A stretch of DNA of 64,000 nucleotides from Endomicrobiales bacterium (GCA_963796955.1 CAWCNJ010000006.1:1-64000), one strand, 5' to 3'; counted from the stretch's first letter, positions 1 through 14,086 are shown. Numbers and translations: made by a program. The notes: generated by a model from the letters alone, not told the origin.

Positions 1-3000
1 ATCGCCCTTGAACAGGGAACGGCGAATGTAGATGCCGCATGGTACGCTCTGCATACAAAAGCCATGGACGAACTCGGCCGGGCAGCCACAGCGGTAGGCA
101 CCGCGACAAGTCTGGTAGAAAACCTTACCCCGAAAGCCGGCAATAACAGTGATACAGCCAGAAAAATTTCCACAGCATACTTCACAGGTATACAAAACGA
201 TATAGATGCCTGGAAGACCAGAGAAAGCTGGGTAAAAGGTATTTCCGATATTTTGATCGCGGGTCTTTTAGGTTTCATGGCCTTTATGGGTGCACAGTGG
301 GCAAAAGAACGCAATGAGAAGATGAAGGCGGAATTCGCCGCCAAGGAAGCCGCCGTTGTTTCTGCCATCTTTGCCCGCAGGGCAGCTTACTCAAAGGAAA
401 ATGCTAACCGAGTTAACGCTGCACTTGACGCTATGGCCGGCAAAACCGGGAAAACCATCAGGGAAAGGTTCAGCAGCTTCAACGCCCCCAACCTGAGAGG
501 CCCCGCTGTTCTTGCCAGGCTGGATGCGTATTTAAATTCAGATTCTGTCTCGATGACAGATGCTTTCTTTCTCATTAACTTGATCAGTGATCTGGCCGAC
601 AAACCCGGTAGCGCCCAGCTTACAGCCCTTAATGAAGCCATTGTAAAATTGTCGTCCCAGCAAAACCCCATCCGTTTTGACGATAAGAACAAGCCAGCCG
701 CGCCTAACAAAAACAAGACAAAAAAAGCGGGCATTATCAGCGCCACGATAGTTGCTTTAGCGTTATTGATGGGCACCGGCAAAGCCATGGCAAACACCAA
801 TCAGACTGAAGCTAATAAAATGTCGGTTAAAGATTATGTTGCGATGAAGAATGCGGAAAGCGTGCGTACTATCGATACCGTCGGCAGGACCGGCGATCTG
901 TTGCAGGCGGTTTTCTCTGATGCCAAAACGCCTAACCGGATCCGCCTTGCCGCCGCGCGTTTCTGGTATGCTTCTGATAGAACAACGGCGTCTTTAAATG
1001 CGCTTATGCAATTCACCAAAGCCGGCGAACGGTCTGAAATGCTGCCGGCCCTTATGGATGCGACGCAGCTTGGCACAGATCTGGTACAACTAATTCTTAC
1101 GGACCAGGCTTCTACGAACGCGCAAAAAATAGCCGCACTGCAATTTGCGCGTCTCTCGTTTACTAATGAAGCTGATCTTGCAGGTATTGACGCAAGGATA
1201 GCCAGCCTTGAAAGAGCCGGCCAGCCGGACAACGCGTATAAGCCTGCGCAGGCAAAGGTCAAAACCGCCAAAGCGGCTAAAGCCGCGCCCGCAAAAACCG
1301 CCAAATCAGCAAAATATGAAACAGCAAAGAGCAAGGCGGACAAAGCCGGCGAAGAGTTTGATACTGTAGCCGGAAAAGTGACGCCGGTAATAGAAAGCTA
1401 CAACAAAGGTTTGCGCACACCTGAAAACGGTCGTGAATTTTTAAAAGCCAGGACAAAACTTGCTGAAGCCTACAACAAGTGGGTAAAAGCCAACGACGAG
1501 GCAGAAAGACTTAACCCGGATAAAGGATCAAAAACATCGGAGAGCGCGCACGCCCAGGCTGTAAAAGCCGAAGCCGATAGAGTTTTCTCAATTGCAAAAG
1601 AAAATGCGGCACTGGCTAAAGCGGCCTTTGAAAAAGAGACGTTTTACCCGGGTATGATCGATACGTATAAAAAGGCGCTGGACCAATACTATAACGCAAG
1701 CCTACAACAACAGGAAGCCGAGAATATAGCCAACGGGCTTCAGCCTGCGGCATCTGCCGCGAAAGGCACCTACGCGGACGCGAAAAAAGCTATGGCGCAC
1801 GCGATAGAAGTTTTCGATAAGGCGAAAGCGAATTTCATGGAGGCTGCTAAAAATAAAATACAAGATGCGAACTCAACCGCGAAGAAAAAAACATTTGACG
1901 CTGCCGAGGCTGAATTTGTTAACGCAAACAATCTGCGCCTTGAAGCCGCCACTATATTAAAAGATTTTGAGCTGATGGAAGCCTACACCGGTACGTCGTC
2001 GAAAGCCAAGCCGACTGCATCCGCGAAAAAAGCCGCGAAGCCTTCCGCAACGACATCCGCTCAGGCTAAAAATGAGCCTGCCGCCGATGGATTTACCGCG
2101 ACTAAAATTGCTCCCGTAGAACTTCCGAACGCAAAACTGCAGCCCGCCGGGAAGCTTACATTAGTAGAAGGCAACAAGGGCTGGACGTATACTGTCGATG
2201 CTGTCAAGGTCAAAGCTGAAAAGCCCTGGTACGGCGGCAATGTTGTGCTGCTGGGACTGCTTGCCATACTGGCTACGGTGCTTTTACAACCAACCCTGAG
2301 AGCCTGGCTGCTTGCCAAACGCGATGCCGCCGCAGAAAAATACGCGAACGCGAACAAAAGTTCCATTCTGGATCTGGTAGAAAAATATAAGGATCAATTG
2401 CCTGAAGGCGTTGCGGACTATGTTAAAACAAACCTGATCTTTATCCTTCGACCCCTTAGTGACGAAGAAACCAATGAGTTGAAAGACATAATAATCCATT
2501 GTCACGTTTCAATGGACAAAGGCGCGGACGAAATAACTGCGGCACAGAACGAACTTGCCGCCTTTATGGAGAACCTGAGACAGCAAGCTAAGGACAGATC
2601 TGTTGAGCCCATGAAGGGCGAAGTCCGGGACATGGTGGAAGCGTCTGCTAACGCGCTACCGAAAGGTGTTGCCTACTATGTGCTGGTAAGCCTGGTCAAC
2701 ATTTCCCGCGACCTTAACCGCGAAGAAGCTGACACATTGTTGCGCATGATAACCGCTTATGTTACTTCTTCTGTCAAAAACGGAGCCACAGAAAAGGATT
2801 TCGTAGACGCCATAAAAGCCTTTATGCAAGGCCTTGTTAGCGTTCCGCAGCAGGCCGCCCCTGTTTCACAAAAAGACATGGTTTTAGCGCTCCTTGCCGC
2901 TAATAGCGAGAAAGCTACTAAGCTTTTCCCTGAAGTATATGGCAAGATCACGGCAAATTTGGCTGCGCTCAACAGGCCGCTTGACGCTGCGGAAGCCAAA

Positions 3001-6000
3001 GCCATGACAGATCTGATCAAGATAATGCTTAATTCGAAAGGCTCCCTGGACATATCAGCGAACGATGCCAAAACAGCGCTTGTAAGAAAGCTTGAAGCTC
3101 TGGATAAAGAGATCGCCGCCCAAAACCAGCCTGCAGTAACAGCACAGCCGGCTGCCGCGCCACAGGCACAACAGCAGGCGCCCGCGCAGGAAAAAGCTGC
3201 GGCTAAACCTACGGTTCTTGACCGGGCTACTAAAGCCATTGAATCGGCTGACCGCACTGAAAAAGCGTATTTGCAGAAATATATTTCTATATTGCGCAAC
3301 CCGCAAGCCGGCAATAGCCCGGAGGCGGTCGCTGCCGCTCACGCGGAAGCAGAAAAACTTCTCGCCATATATCTTGATTACAAAGTTGACGAATCTGCCG
3401 CGCCGGCAGCCAAGCCAGCCGCTGAACCGGCTGCCCCGGTTGTAGAAAATGCCGCCCCGGCAAAAGAAACGGAAATAGACAAAACCAATGTAAACAAAGT
3501 TAAAGCTTTCATCGCTTCCTCCAAGGTAAAAACAAGTTCCTGGCTGCCGAAAGGCACCGCAAGGCTGGAGGCTGCCCTGGACGGCCTTAACCGACCCCTT
3601 TCTGACATTGAAGCGGAAACATTTTTGATCTGGCTTAACGCCCTGCTTGTTCTGGGCCGGCGCGGCAACCCCGCGAAAGCCATGGTCCTTGATTATAACG
3701 CCAAAATACGCAGCCTTGAAGCAGAAGCCAAGCTTGTGCAAATTGCCGAAGCCGCGGCGCCAGCCGCTGAAGCCGAAGTTGCACCGCAACAGGCCGTTGC
3801 GCCCGCACAGCAAGAACCCGTCGCCGCAGCTGCGCCGGTTGTTCAGCCTGCCGCGCCTGCTTCCAAGGCGGAAAAGCTTGCCCAGGCACAGGAGGCCGTT
3901 AACGGATTACTCGAAGGTCTTACTGCGCAGCAGCTGAAAGATACCATAATTAAATACATGCTGGAAACCTTTGGCAGAAAAAAACAATCTATCGAGAACA
4001 GGATAAGAAGCATAAACACAACTAATAAAGTTAAGAGCCGTGCCGTTGCTGATAAACTAAGAAGCCTTCTTAAGAACCAGTCTGTAGATGTTAGCAATAC
4101 TGATGCAGGCACCATAATAATGCAGATGGAAGCGCTGGTAGCAAACACAGGTGACAGGAACACCAACCTTGCCGCCCTTAACGAAACCATTGACCGCCTG
4201 CTTACCGCTGCCCCACAGCAAGCCGCCCCCCGGGCAGCGCAAGAAGAAGTTAAAAGGTCCGCTGTACAAGAAATAGCTGTCTCTGAGATTGCAGCAGCTA
4301 ATGCCGCTCCAGAGGCTGTGCAGAAAATTGGAAGATCAGCCGTGAGAGCAATAGTCGCCTCTCAGATAAATATTCCTGCCGCGGTAGAAACCGCCGTCGC
4401 TACGGTAGAAGGCAAAACTGAGGCGCCCGCAGAAGTAGCGCCACAAGCCGTCCCCGCCGCCCAGGCAGAACCGGTAGCTGCTGAAGCCGCTCAAACACAG
4501 GCCGGTCCGGCGCAAGAGTCTGGCGTCAGAACTATGCTGGCTGTTTTTAGTCCAATAGTTGTTGTCTCTTGCAGCATTCTTGCTTTTGTTTTGTCTATCG
4601 CCGGCTTCAAAAAAACTGCTGCTGCCGTGAAAGGCGCCATAGCAGCTGCCCGCGCTGCCGCGCAATACAGGACTTCTGAGACTAACAAGATAAAGCTTCA
4701 CGATGCTATTTTAAAGGTGTTGCTGCTTCCCAATTCCGTGAGATTTGATTCAAGTTTTTTTGGAAAAATGTTCACATTTGCTGACCGGATAACGGATTTT
4801 AAACACGAATATGCAGGTCCACGCGTAAACCTTACTACAGAAGACACGAAGTATCTAACGGATGCGTTTTATCAGTTATGGATACTTTTTACTACCTACA
4901 CCAACGATGATAAAGGCATAATAATTAACGGTAAAGAAGACGTTGACACCATAAATGCCCGCCTGGCCCAGATCGTCGCCAGACATGATGCTGCAACGAA
5001 GGGAGTGCTTACGGAAGAGCAGACATTTGCTGATCTTCAGGTTACTGAAAAAACTGCCGCACAACTTAAGAGAGAACTTATTAGAAATACGCCTGCAAAT
5101 CAAGCGGTCAGGGTCAAGATGTTCCTTGAACCTTACAGGCTCAGGGACAAAGAAAATCCTGAAGCGATGAAATTCTACGATAAAGTCAATTCTGTGCTGA
5201 ATGCGCTTAACAGGCCTCTTATGCCCGGCGAAGGCGACACGCTGATAGGACTGCTCACCACATGGCTGCAGGGCAGTTCCATTGCAGCTTCCAATAAAGC
5301 GTTCAAAGAGTTCAACACAGCTATTGATCAGCTGGCAAATGAGGGTAAGCCCGCAGAAGAAAAGTCTGCAAAAACTGTCGCCGCAAAAGCTAAACCGGTA
5401 GACATGACACAGGCTAAGTTAGTGCTGGATTTCCTTGAAGCGCATTTAACTCCTGCGAGAGTTAATCTTAAGAGAGAACTTATCAATAAACTGCGCAATA
5501 CGCTTCCGATACTCAACAGGCCGCTTTCACGGCAGGAAGCCGAATTAATGATCTCTCAAATAACGCAAGCCATCAGCGAAGATCAGGAGAAAGGCGCTGT
5601 CGCGATCGCGAAACTTGACGCTAAACTGAACCGGCTCGCCACGCAAACAACTGAGGCTGCCGTCAACAAACCCGGGAACGACAGAGTTGCGGCAGTGCTT
5701 ATTGACAGCAAACAGGAAGCCGCTGCGAACAGATTGGCAGCTAACCTGCCTGCTTTCAGAGTAATGCTGGGAAAATTGCAAACCGCCATGGCTCCTGAAA
5801 GCGTAGGTCTTACGGCTGAGCAAGCGGATAAGATAATACCCCTGCTACAGTTAGCCCTGCAGAGCGACACGCGCGGGAAAATAACGCAGGGCAAAAAAGC
5901 GACAGCAAACCTGAGCAAAATGCTTGATGGTATTTTGCCTAAGAAAACCGCTGTTCAGACCGCTGCCGCGCCGGCTGAAACTGCCGTTGAAGCCGTAACA

Positions 6001-9000
6001 GACAACGGCGGCAATGGTGTATTAAATGCTGTTGCCGGCAATACCTCAAAAGCTCCCATTGTTTCCGCAGTTCTCGCCGGGGCGATCGGCCTTACAGCGA
6101 TTTCCTGCAGCGGCTATAAGCCTGATCAGCAATTTGACGCAGCTCCTATCACGGCGCACCATGGACCAACATCAGTTCACGGCTCAATAGATGGCGGAAT
6201 GCAGGCGCCTGATACCGACCTTGTTCAGCCCCAGGGTGTTGATGCCGGCACAACCGGTATGGACTCCGGGCTCCAAGCGCCGAATTCCGGACTGCCGTTA
6301 GACGGCGGTTTAGCCGGCGAAGCAGGCCAGGCTTCAGACACCGAGAACCCTCTTATCGGTAGGGCTATGAAGGTCGTGGTCGGAGACCAGGAGGTTGACG
6401 GTACCGTTACTTCCACATATTCAAATGGTACTCCGCAAACCGTTACCGGAACTTTGTATGGGATTAATCGTACTTTAACGCTTGGTCAAGATGGTAAAAC
6501 GGTTTACGCAATAGACAATCAAATGACGACTTCCGTTTTCAATGTAATGCTCGCGTACTCCAGAAGAGATGCAAACCACATTGACCTGCGTATAACAGAT
6601 GTTAAAACCAATCAGGTGCTTGCAACACTGCCGTTCTTTTCTCCGGCGGACAGTCAGGCAACATATAAATGGACCAGCGACGGCAAACACCTTTTCGTGG
6701 TAAGCCGTCTGAACGCCAATAACGATGCTGATACTCTGCAGGTTTTTGAGCTGGAAACCGGCAACACCGACCCCGTAGGGCTTATTGATCCGGCCACTGA
6801 CACCACCATTACCTCTTTCTCGGGTAAGGGCGACAGAATGCGGATCGTCAACATGGATGCGGTTGCCGAAGGCGCTACGCCTCTTGATTTCACGCTAACG
6901 TACCAGCCTTTTGCCGGCATCGTTGATGGCGGCGCGGCGCTGGGCGAACCGGAAACAACGACGTTGAAAATAGGCGTCTCTTACCGCACCCGGATCGAAA
7001 ACGGCAAGACACTGTATGTGTTCAAGAATACGGCGGATTTTAACTCGGGCAATGTTTGGTACGGCTGGCAGGCGGCGGCAAATGAGTCCATGGTGGGCAG
7101 TCTGGCGCTCACACCCGACGGCCGCGCTGCGATGCTGGTTGCTACGACCGATGCAAGCGGCGCTAAAACCTACGCGATGAATTATGTGGATGCCACCGGA
7201 GTGGCTAAAATCCCGCTTTCGCTTACCATTGCCGACGGCGCCAATGTGCAGGTATCGGTAAAAAGCAACACCGTCTGGATCACTGTTGACGGCAAAAACG
7301 TTATGAACGTGATAATACCGGCTAAGACCACCGCCCCCAAAGGCGATGCCGGCGCTGCATTCGGCATGGGTACCGGCAAGCTTGATGTTCGCAGCGCGCT
7401 GGCGCTTGGCGGCTTCGCAATGCTCTCTTCCGGCTTTGCCAACCCGGCGGGTTTTGACGGCACGAGCCTGGCTGCTTTTGTCGGCATGGTCGCCCTCTTT
7501 ACCATTTTAGCGATCAGCAGTATATTTAAGAAACAGCCGCGGCCTGCAAGGGTCTATGTTGACCAACTTCTTGCCATGCCTGGTCTCGCCATCCTGCCTT
7601 CATCAGTAGCAAGGCAGCTGAACAAGGCGGCGGTGTACGGCGATGTTACCAGCGCCCAGTTCAAAGAAATTAAAGCGTACATGCAGGGGACCATTGGATC
7701 TATCCAGCTTGCCAAAAAAGACAAAGGCTCTGATGCTATAAGCGCCGCGAACTCAAACATCGACGGTCTTAACGCGAAGCTGGATTCACTGTTGCCTGCA
7801 CGCAGGCCTTTAAGCGCTCAGGTTGCCGCTTCCGTGCAAACCAGGCGGAGCAATAAAGCGGGTCTTGCGACCAGGGCCGGTGTAGTGGCCTCTGTCAGCC
7901 TGTTCCTTGTCGGCGCAGCAAATGCGCAAAGCATAAACGAAGCGGCAAGCGCATCCAGCGGACAGGGTGTCCTTACGACCGTAGTATTGGCCGGTTTAGG
8001 TCTTGTAGTTGCACTCGGGCTGGTTGCCGCCGGTCTAATTATGAATAAGAACCGGAAGGAAAAACAAGCTGCCCTGCTTAAATCAGCTGAACGCGGCAGC
8101 AAGTCGGCCGCTGAGCGCAGCAGAAGATTGCAGGCAGAAGCCCTGCAAAAGCTACAAACCGCAACGCCCTCAGTTGCCGCTCGCAATATTACCTCGGCGC
8201 CTGTTGTGAAGGCACAATCTGCCGCACAGCCGGCTGCAGTTTCTATAGATCCAACAAAAGAAATGGATGATGCTCAGATACAAATATTGTTCAAAGAATT
8301 CATCACGCAGGGTTATATGGAGTCAAAACCTAACTTCATTTTTGTGTACCCTGGAAAAGCAAAGCTTATTCAAACAAGCAGCGCCGTGATCGCCAAAAAC
8401 CCCAAAGATGCCGTTCGTATATTCCTGCTCGCGCAGGAAGAATATGCGCAAAATCAGGCGCGTGGTAACCGTTTAGCAGCGGCGCCGCTTACTTTTCCTA
8501 CCAGGACCGGCGCAAAGGGTGAAGTGATCCTTGGTACTGTTGACACAATAATTCAGAATATGGCTTCTGATATCTACGCCGGTTACGCAACATATGGTAC
8601 ATTCGGGCTGGACACCTCGGAAAGCGACAAAATGAAGTTCGCAAGGAAAGAAGCTCAAAAACGCTGGGACGCGCTTGGCAAAATAGAGCAGACCAAACAG
8701 ATCGTGACCGCAGAGAAAGGCCGCTTTGACGAAGTGCTTATGGCAAAACTTAGTTCACGTGAGATCCAGTACAATGCTCTGCGTGATAAATTAGTTGCCG
8801 AACATGCTAAGCCGTGGGCCGCAAGAACCATGCGCGGGCAAGTGAACGCTATTATCGAGCTTATGCTAGTATCGGGTGTTCTGGAGGGATCGGTTTCACA
8901 AATTGCCACAGAGATAACCAATGATATCATGACACGGTTCGGCCTGATGAGAAAAAATGGCGCTGAAGTTTTTAACGCGAACGCCATAATATACGAAAAA

Positions 9001-12000
9001 CAAGGCGCAGTTAAGTTGGATGGAAAGTTCATTTTCAATATGGTTAAGGACCTTCTGCGCAGCGGCGACGCCGAAACAGCCGCCTACAGCGCCGCTCACT
9101 TCGTGCAGATAATCCTGAACCCCGACGCCCCGCTGACGCTGCCGACGACTGTCCAAGCGATCGATAACAAGAAATTCGTTGATTCGCTCGTTGATCAGTT
9201 CAGCGCTATGCCGGATGTCACCGTTGAACGTAAGGGGAATGAATTCCTGCTTACAAATACAAAAGAGAATACCGAGCTTAACGTTACACTTGTTGAATAC
9301 AAGGGCAAGAACTACCTTAAGATCGGCAACGCAACCTATATGGTTACCGGTGATAGGATAGACCTTTCTAAGGCGAACATTCTGGATAATGTCGCACTTG
9401 TCGAATTCATCGGCACGGAAAATGTGACCTTGGAAAACCTAATTATAAATAACCCTCTTTCTGACCAACAGGAAGCCTCCGGTCTGCGCCTGTTTCCGGC
9501 GAACGCTATGTATCCGTCACTTGTCGGCCAGTCCGGTGAAACGGATCTAACGATAGGCTCGGCCAGGAATCTCATTAAGGGTTCAGCTGATAAACTTACG
9601 TTATATCAGTCGCTTATGAACGCCACAGTGCTTGCCCGAAGCAGTGAATGGCAGGACTACTATGATTCAATCGCATTTCTTCGCAGCTTAAGAGACAAAA
9701 ATTCTGGCGTTCAGAAAGATATTGTAATTGGGCTCCTGAATTATCTGTACATGTCCCATTCTGGCCCTGATTATGAGAAGTGGGCACAAGAGAAGGAAGC
9801 AATAAAAGCAAAACAGGCAGCGGCGGCAAGCGGCACAGATAACACGCTTACGCTGTTCGAGCGCCCGATAGAGCCCACGCGTCTGCCGGTACCGGAATCT
9901 GAGTTGAAGGACTGGGTGATAGATTCTGTCTCAGCGTTGGGCGATAAAGACTTGCCCATGCTTTCTCCTGAAGGCGTCGATACCGAAGGCAGCAGGGCCA
10001 TTAAGGAAGGCAAGATCACGAACATCATATTTGCCGGCGGCTCCGCCTCGACCGTTAAAAAGACCATGGGCAAAAATAAAATGGTTCACATGGCGCTGCA
10101 GGTGATCGTGAACACAAAAATTGGTTCTACCGTTACCCGCTGGATAAGCCTTTTACAGGCGCGCCTTGGTTTGCTGCTGGGTCAGAGCGCTAAATCCCGT
10201 ACGATCATTATTACCAGCGAAGGCGGCATAGTAGAAGGTGAAAGTGACCTCAGCACAATGAAGGCTCTTTCAGAAAGCTACTCCGGCCAGGTTAAATCCG
10301 GCCAGGTTAAAACCCTGATACAACGTAACGGCTTTGTGTTAGACACCAAGACCGGCGAGCCTCTTACGTTTAAAGACGGCAGCATTGCCACCGCTGCGGA
10401 AAACCACTTATGGGCTTTCTTGACCGTGCTGCTTAATAAAGATGCCACTATGGACGCCCTTGAACATACGAATGGTGTTATGTCCATGGGTAATGGCGAT
10501 AACATACTTAACTATGCCCGTCAGGGTATGGTTGACGAGATACTGAATGCCCGCAAACAGGGAAAATCGGTTGCTACGGTAGCTGTGTGCGTTGCTTCAT
10601 CCGGCGACAAAAAAGGCGGCGTCGTAAGCAAGGTTACCTACCGTAACAAAGTAACAGGCCAGAAAATTGATCGCGTAGAATTCCGGGAAACCGGTGAGTA
10701 CCCGACCAGAGATAAAGAAGTTACAAAGTTTGATTCCGTAGATATGAAAAAAAGGCAGGGCACGGAGGCATACAAACAGTTCGAGGCTAAGGGGCAGTTC
10801 ATTGAAGATATTATGGGCGACAAGAAGATAGCGTTCAATGTGGCTTTCTATGGTGTTGACGCAAAGCTGATCGTCGCCCGCATGTTCGGGTTAAGCGAAA
10901 ACGACCCGCAGCTGATACAGAAATTGAACGCTATCAGCCCGCAGGAATGGGTTGACCGCGTGAATTCCTTCGGCGCAAAAGTTCCCCGCACGGTTCAGCC
11001 TGCCAAGGGCGTGCCAAGCGAAGACGGCAAAGAAAAGGCTACCGGCCTTATCACGGAACAGGCCGTGCAAGATCTGATCGTGAACGGTTTGGCGCTTCTT
11101 ACACAGAACGGTAACACACCTGAGGTGCGCATGGTGTTGGTGGACCGCAAAGATATATTCCTGCCATACAAGGGTACAGAGCAGGATGCTATGGATCGCG
11201 CAGGTAACGCTGTGCCGGGCAAAAAAGCCTACGACCTGATAGCCAATCAGCCCCGTTACGCCGGTGCTGTTGATGAACTGAACGCCAAAGGCGTGCCAAT
11301 AGTTCTTGGCGAAGGCGAAACGGTCAAAGAAGTTATCCCTGTTGGTAGTGTTGACGAGATCAAGGCAGCCATTGCAGGCAAAGCCCCCGCAGCAGGTTAC
11401 GCCCACGAATGCTGCAACGGATCTTGTTGCTGTAGCGGCGGACTTCATACCTGCCGCGGGAAAGACAGCAATAGACGTAGCAGGCAGGACCTGGGCGAAT
11501 GAGAACCTTAAGGAACTGGCAGAAAAAGGCTTTGCGGCGCTTGCGACGGCGGACCGGTTTGATGATATGTACGCCAAGACTGTTGAAGCCGTGGAGAACG
11601 GCGTGCATATGCGGTTGTTAACCAGCCGGTCAATAGACAGTTTCGCTGACAGTGCAAACGCGAAAACCTTCTATGCCGGCCGTACCGTGACCAATTCTAT
11701 TGGCCAAGAGCAGTATGTCGGCATGAAGCTCTCTGTTTTCACCCGCACTGAAAAGCGCAATGGTAAAGACGTGAGCGTGCCCATAATCGCCGTTGATTTT
11801 GCGGAAGGCGTAAACCCGGCGGGCATATCACGCGAAGTGCTTCTTGTGGCTGCTTCAAACGTAATGGCCGAAGAAACCCGCGAAGGCGGCAAACTTAATG
11901 ATGACGCCTTCGGCGGCTTCGCTGCCATGGGCCGCCTGCTGGATGGCACACCGGCACTTAGCGTATCTGTAAACGTTTCTGGCCCCAATGTTTTCGGCAA

Positions 12001-13988
12001 ACTATCCCACTCGCAATTGGGCCAACATAGACGAACTACTGTCGGCAAAGCAATGGGATAGAAAGTCTGTAACCGATACTCTCATTGATATAGCTAACGC
12101 GTTCAGAAGCGAGAATAAGAAACAGCAGGATAACCTGGCCAAAAAGAAACGCGAGGCTATAGAGCCTACCGTTGTCGGTGCGGATATCAGCTTCTCAATT
12201 TTAAGCGCGGAAAGCAAGGACGTAGCAGGAACCTGGGCAGACCTTAAAGATACCGCCCGGACGCTTCCCGCGAACGTAAGCACCATGTTCGTAAGCGCAC
12301 GGGACCCCAAGAGCAGCGATCCGAATTCCTTTGATCCTGCCGCGGTTAAAATGATAGACATGATAAATGACCTGGTTAACAGCGGCGCGATAGATAAAGC
12401 CGCCCGTCAGGGGCTGGTGGATGCCGTAAACACCATCCGTCAAGAATCCAATGACAATACGGTAAGTAAAGAAAAACTCGACGCATTGCGTGCCAACAAC
12501 GAAAAAGTTGCCGAAGCCATACTTGCCCTCGCTAAAGGTAAAGTAGGCGACGCGACTACGGCCAAAGAACTGCTGAAGGCGTTTAACCTGAAGCAGGCGG
12601 CTAAGGCCAAGGCAGACCTTCTGCTTGCCGAAAACGGCGGCAAAATACTGGGCCTGGACCTTGGTGTGGTTGATAACGCCGCCCAGGTAATAGAAGCGCT
12701 TACCCGCTTTGATGCCGCCCGCCTTGAAATGAGCGATGCCGCCAAAGCAAAAGAGTTGTTTGCGAATATCAGCAAACAGCGTAGTGATGCGATAATCGCG
12801 CATAAGATAGCAAAAGAAAGCGTGATAGCGGTCATCATCCCGGCGGATGTAGAGCCCGCGGTAGCCGAGGCCATAGCCGAAGCCGCCGCCCAGAACAACA
12901 TAAAGGTCCATGTGGTGGCAAATGACGAAGCAACGCTTGCCAAGAGAAGCAACCTGATCTCAAGGTTCAACGCGGCCGTTGTCTCTACAAATAAGGCCGT
13001 CGCCGATGTTGTGAAAAAAGACGGCACCAGCCCCACGCTGGTAGCTTCCTTCAATTCCATAGACAAGGAAACCGGCACCCTTACCCGCATGAACATAGCC
13101 AGCAACAACACCAACGACCTGTTCGACATGATCAGCAAGAGACTGGGCCTGCCGGTTGAAACGCCGCAAAGCCGCTTCAACACCGGGACCCATAAAGGGC
13201 AGAACATTGCATTGAATATCGTCAAAACAAAGGCAGACGCTGAGAAAGTCCTTGGCGGCCTCAATAAATCGGGAACATTTGTTGAAAGGATGTTGTGGCT
13301 CAAGAACGCGCTTTCAAAAGACGGCCAGGATCAACAGCATATTGAAGGAATGGTCAATAATGTTTTGTTAACGGTAATGCCGTATTCCGAAGAACAAAGC
13401 AGGAGCAACAGCGATAAACTATCGGCAGCCAAGGAAGCCCTGTACAGGGAAATGCACCGCCTTAGATATGCCGATAAAGGCGATAAAAACAGAGTCACCA
13501 CGCTGGACGGCAATGAGGCCTACGGTTTGATACAAGGCTTTATCGGCACGGCTCTGCTTGTCGCTCTTACGGACGGTAAGATAACTGAACAAGCACTTGA
13601 TGCCAACGTTCCTTTGCGCAACCTTCTTGCCGAAGCCTTTATCAAAGGCGCGACGCTGGAACAGCTTGGCAAAGTTTTGGATATGAAGACTGAATCCGAA
13701 CCCAAAGAGGCTAACGGTGAAGTGAATGTTAACAGCAAGGCTCACATCTTGTGGACAATGCTGCAAACCGCCACGATCGGCGATATCGCGAACGTTATAT
13801 ACGCCGAGTCCCGTAACCCGGCATCGACCCTGGGCGAAGATATCCCGGCGGATTACCTGACGCTTGCCGCTCGGGCCATGCTATTCCCGCTGATGCAGCA
13901 GCTGAACAACTTCGACATCGGCGAAGCCACGAAAAAGTCCATGCAGATAAACGTTGAGACCATGGCCAAGCTGCTGCAAGCCGCGTAA
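1..13988 (+). CDS. Giant multidomain protein 1 (5'-truncated; two apparent +1 frameshifts near 11386 and 11990)
   Basis: Frame 1 is open from base 1 to 11502. ORFs 11306-12061 and 11988-13988 continue it and align by eye with the C-terminal region of giants 2 and 3 (e.g. LAEKGFAALAT vs IADKGIVLLAT; DYLTLAARAML). It contains TM/signal-like segments, LNRPL repeats and a UDPGP-like domain. Confidence 0.8.
9988..11175 (+). other. UDP-sugar pyrophosphorylase (UDPGP/UAP, PF01704-like) domain within giant 1
   Basis: Motifs in the expected order: GSRAIKEGKITNIIFAGG, LIQRNG..TGEP, AAENH, MGNGDN, KKGGV, VEFRE, FNVAFY, FLPYKG. Confidence 0.65.
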
Positions 13989-14000
13989 ACGACGTTGATA

Positions 14001-14086
14001 AACTCCCTCAATCCCTCTTTAACTAAAGAGGGAAGGCTTTGGAAGTCCTTCCCCTCTTGTGTTCAAGAGGGGATAAGAGGGGAGTT
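14001..14086. repeat. REP-like double-hairpin palindromic element, copy 1 (may also act as terminator)
   Basis: AACTCCC...GGGAGTT encloses CCCTCTTT-AACT-AAAGAGGG and CCCCTCTTG-TGTT-CAAGAGGGG. A similar copy lies at 45515. Confidence 0.8.

Noticed and set aside
10282..10311. 15-bp tandem duplication (SGQVK x2)
   Set aside because: A single in-frame microduplication with no sign of a system.
11395..11502. Cys-rich tail HECCNGSCCCSGG of ORF 64-11502 as a metal-binding motif
   Set aside because: It is the out-of-frame read past the inferred frameshift; paralog homology continues in frame 2.
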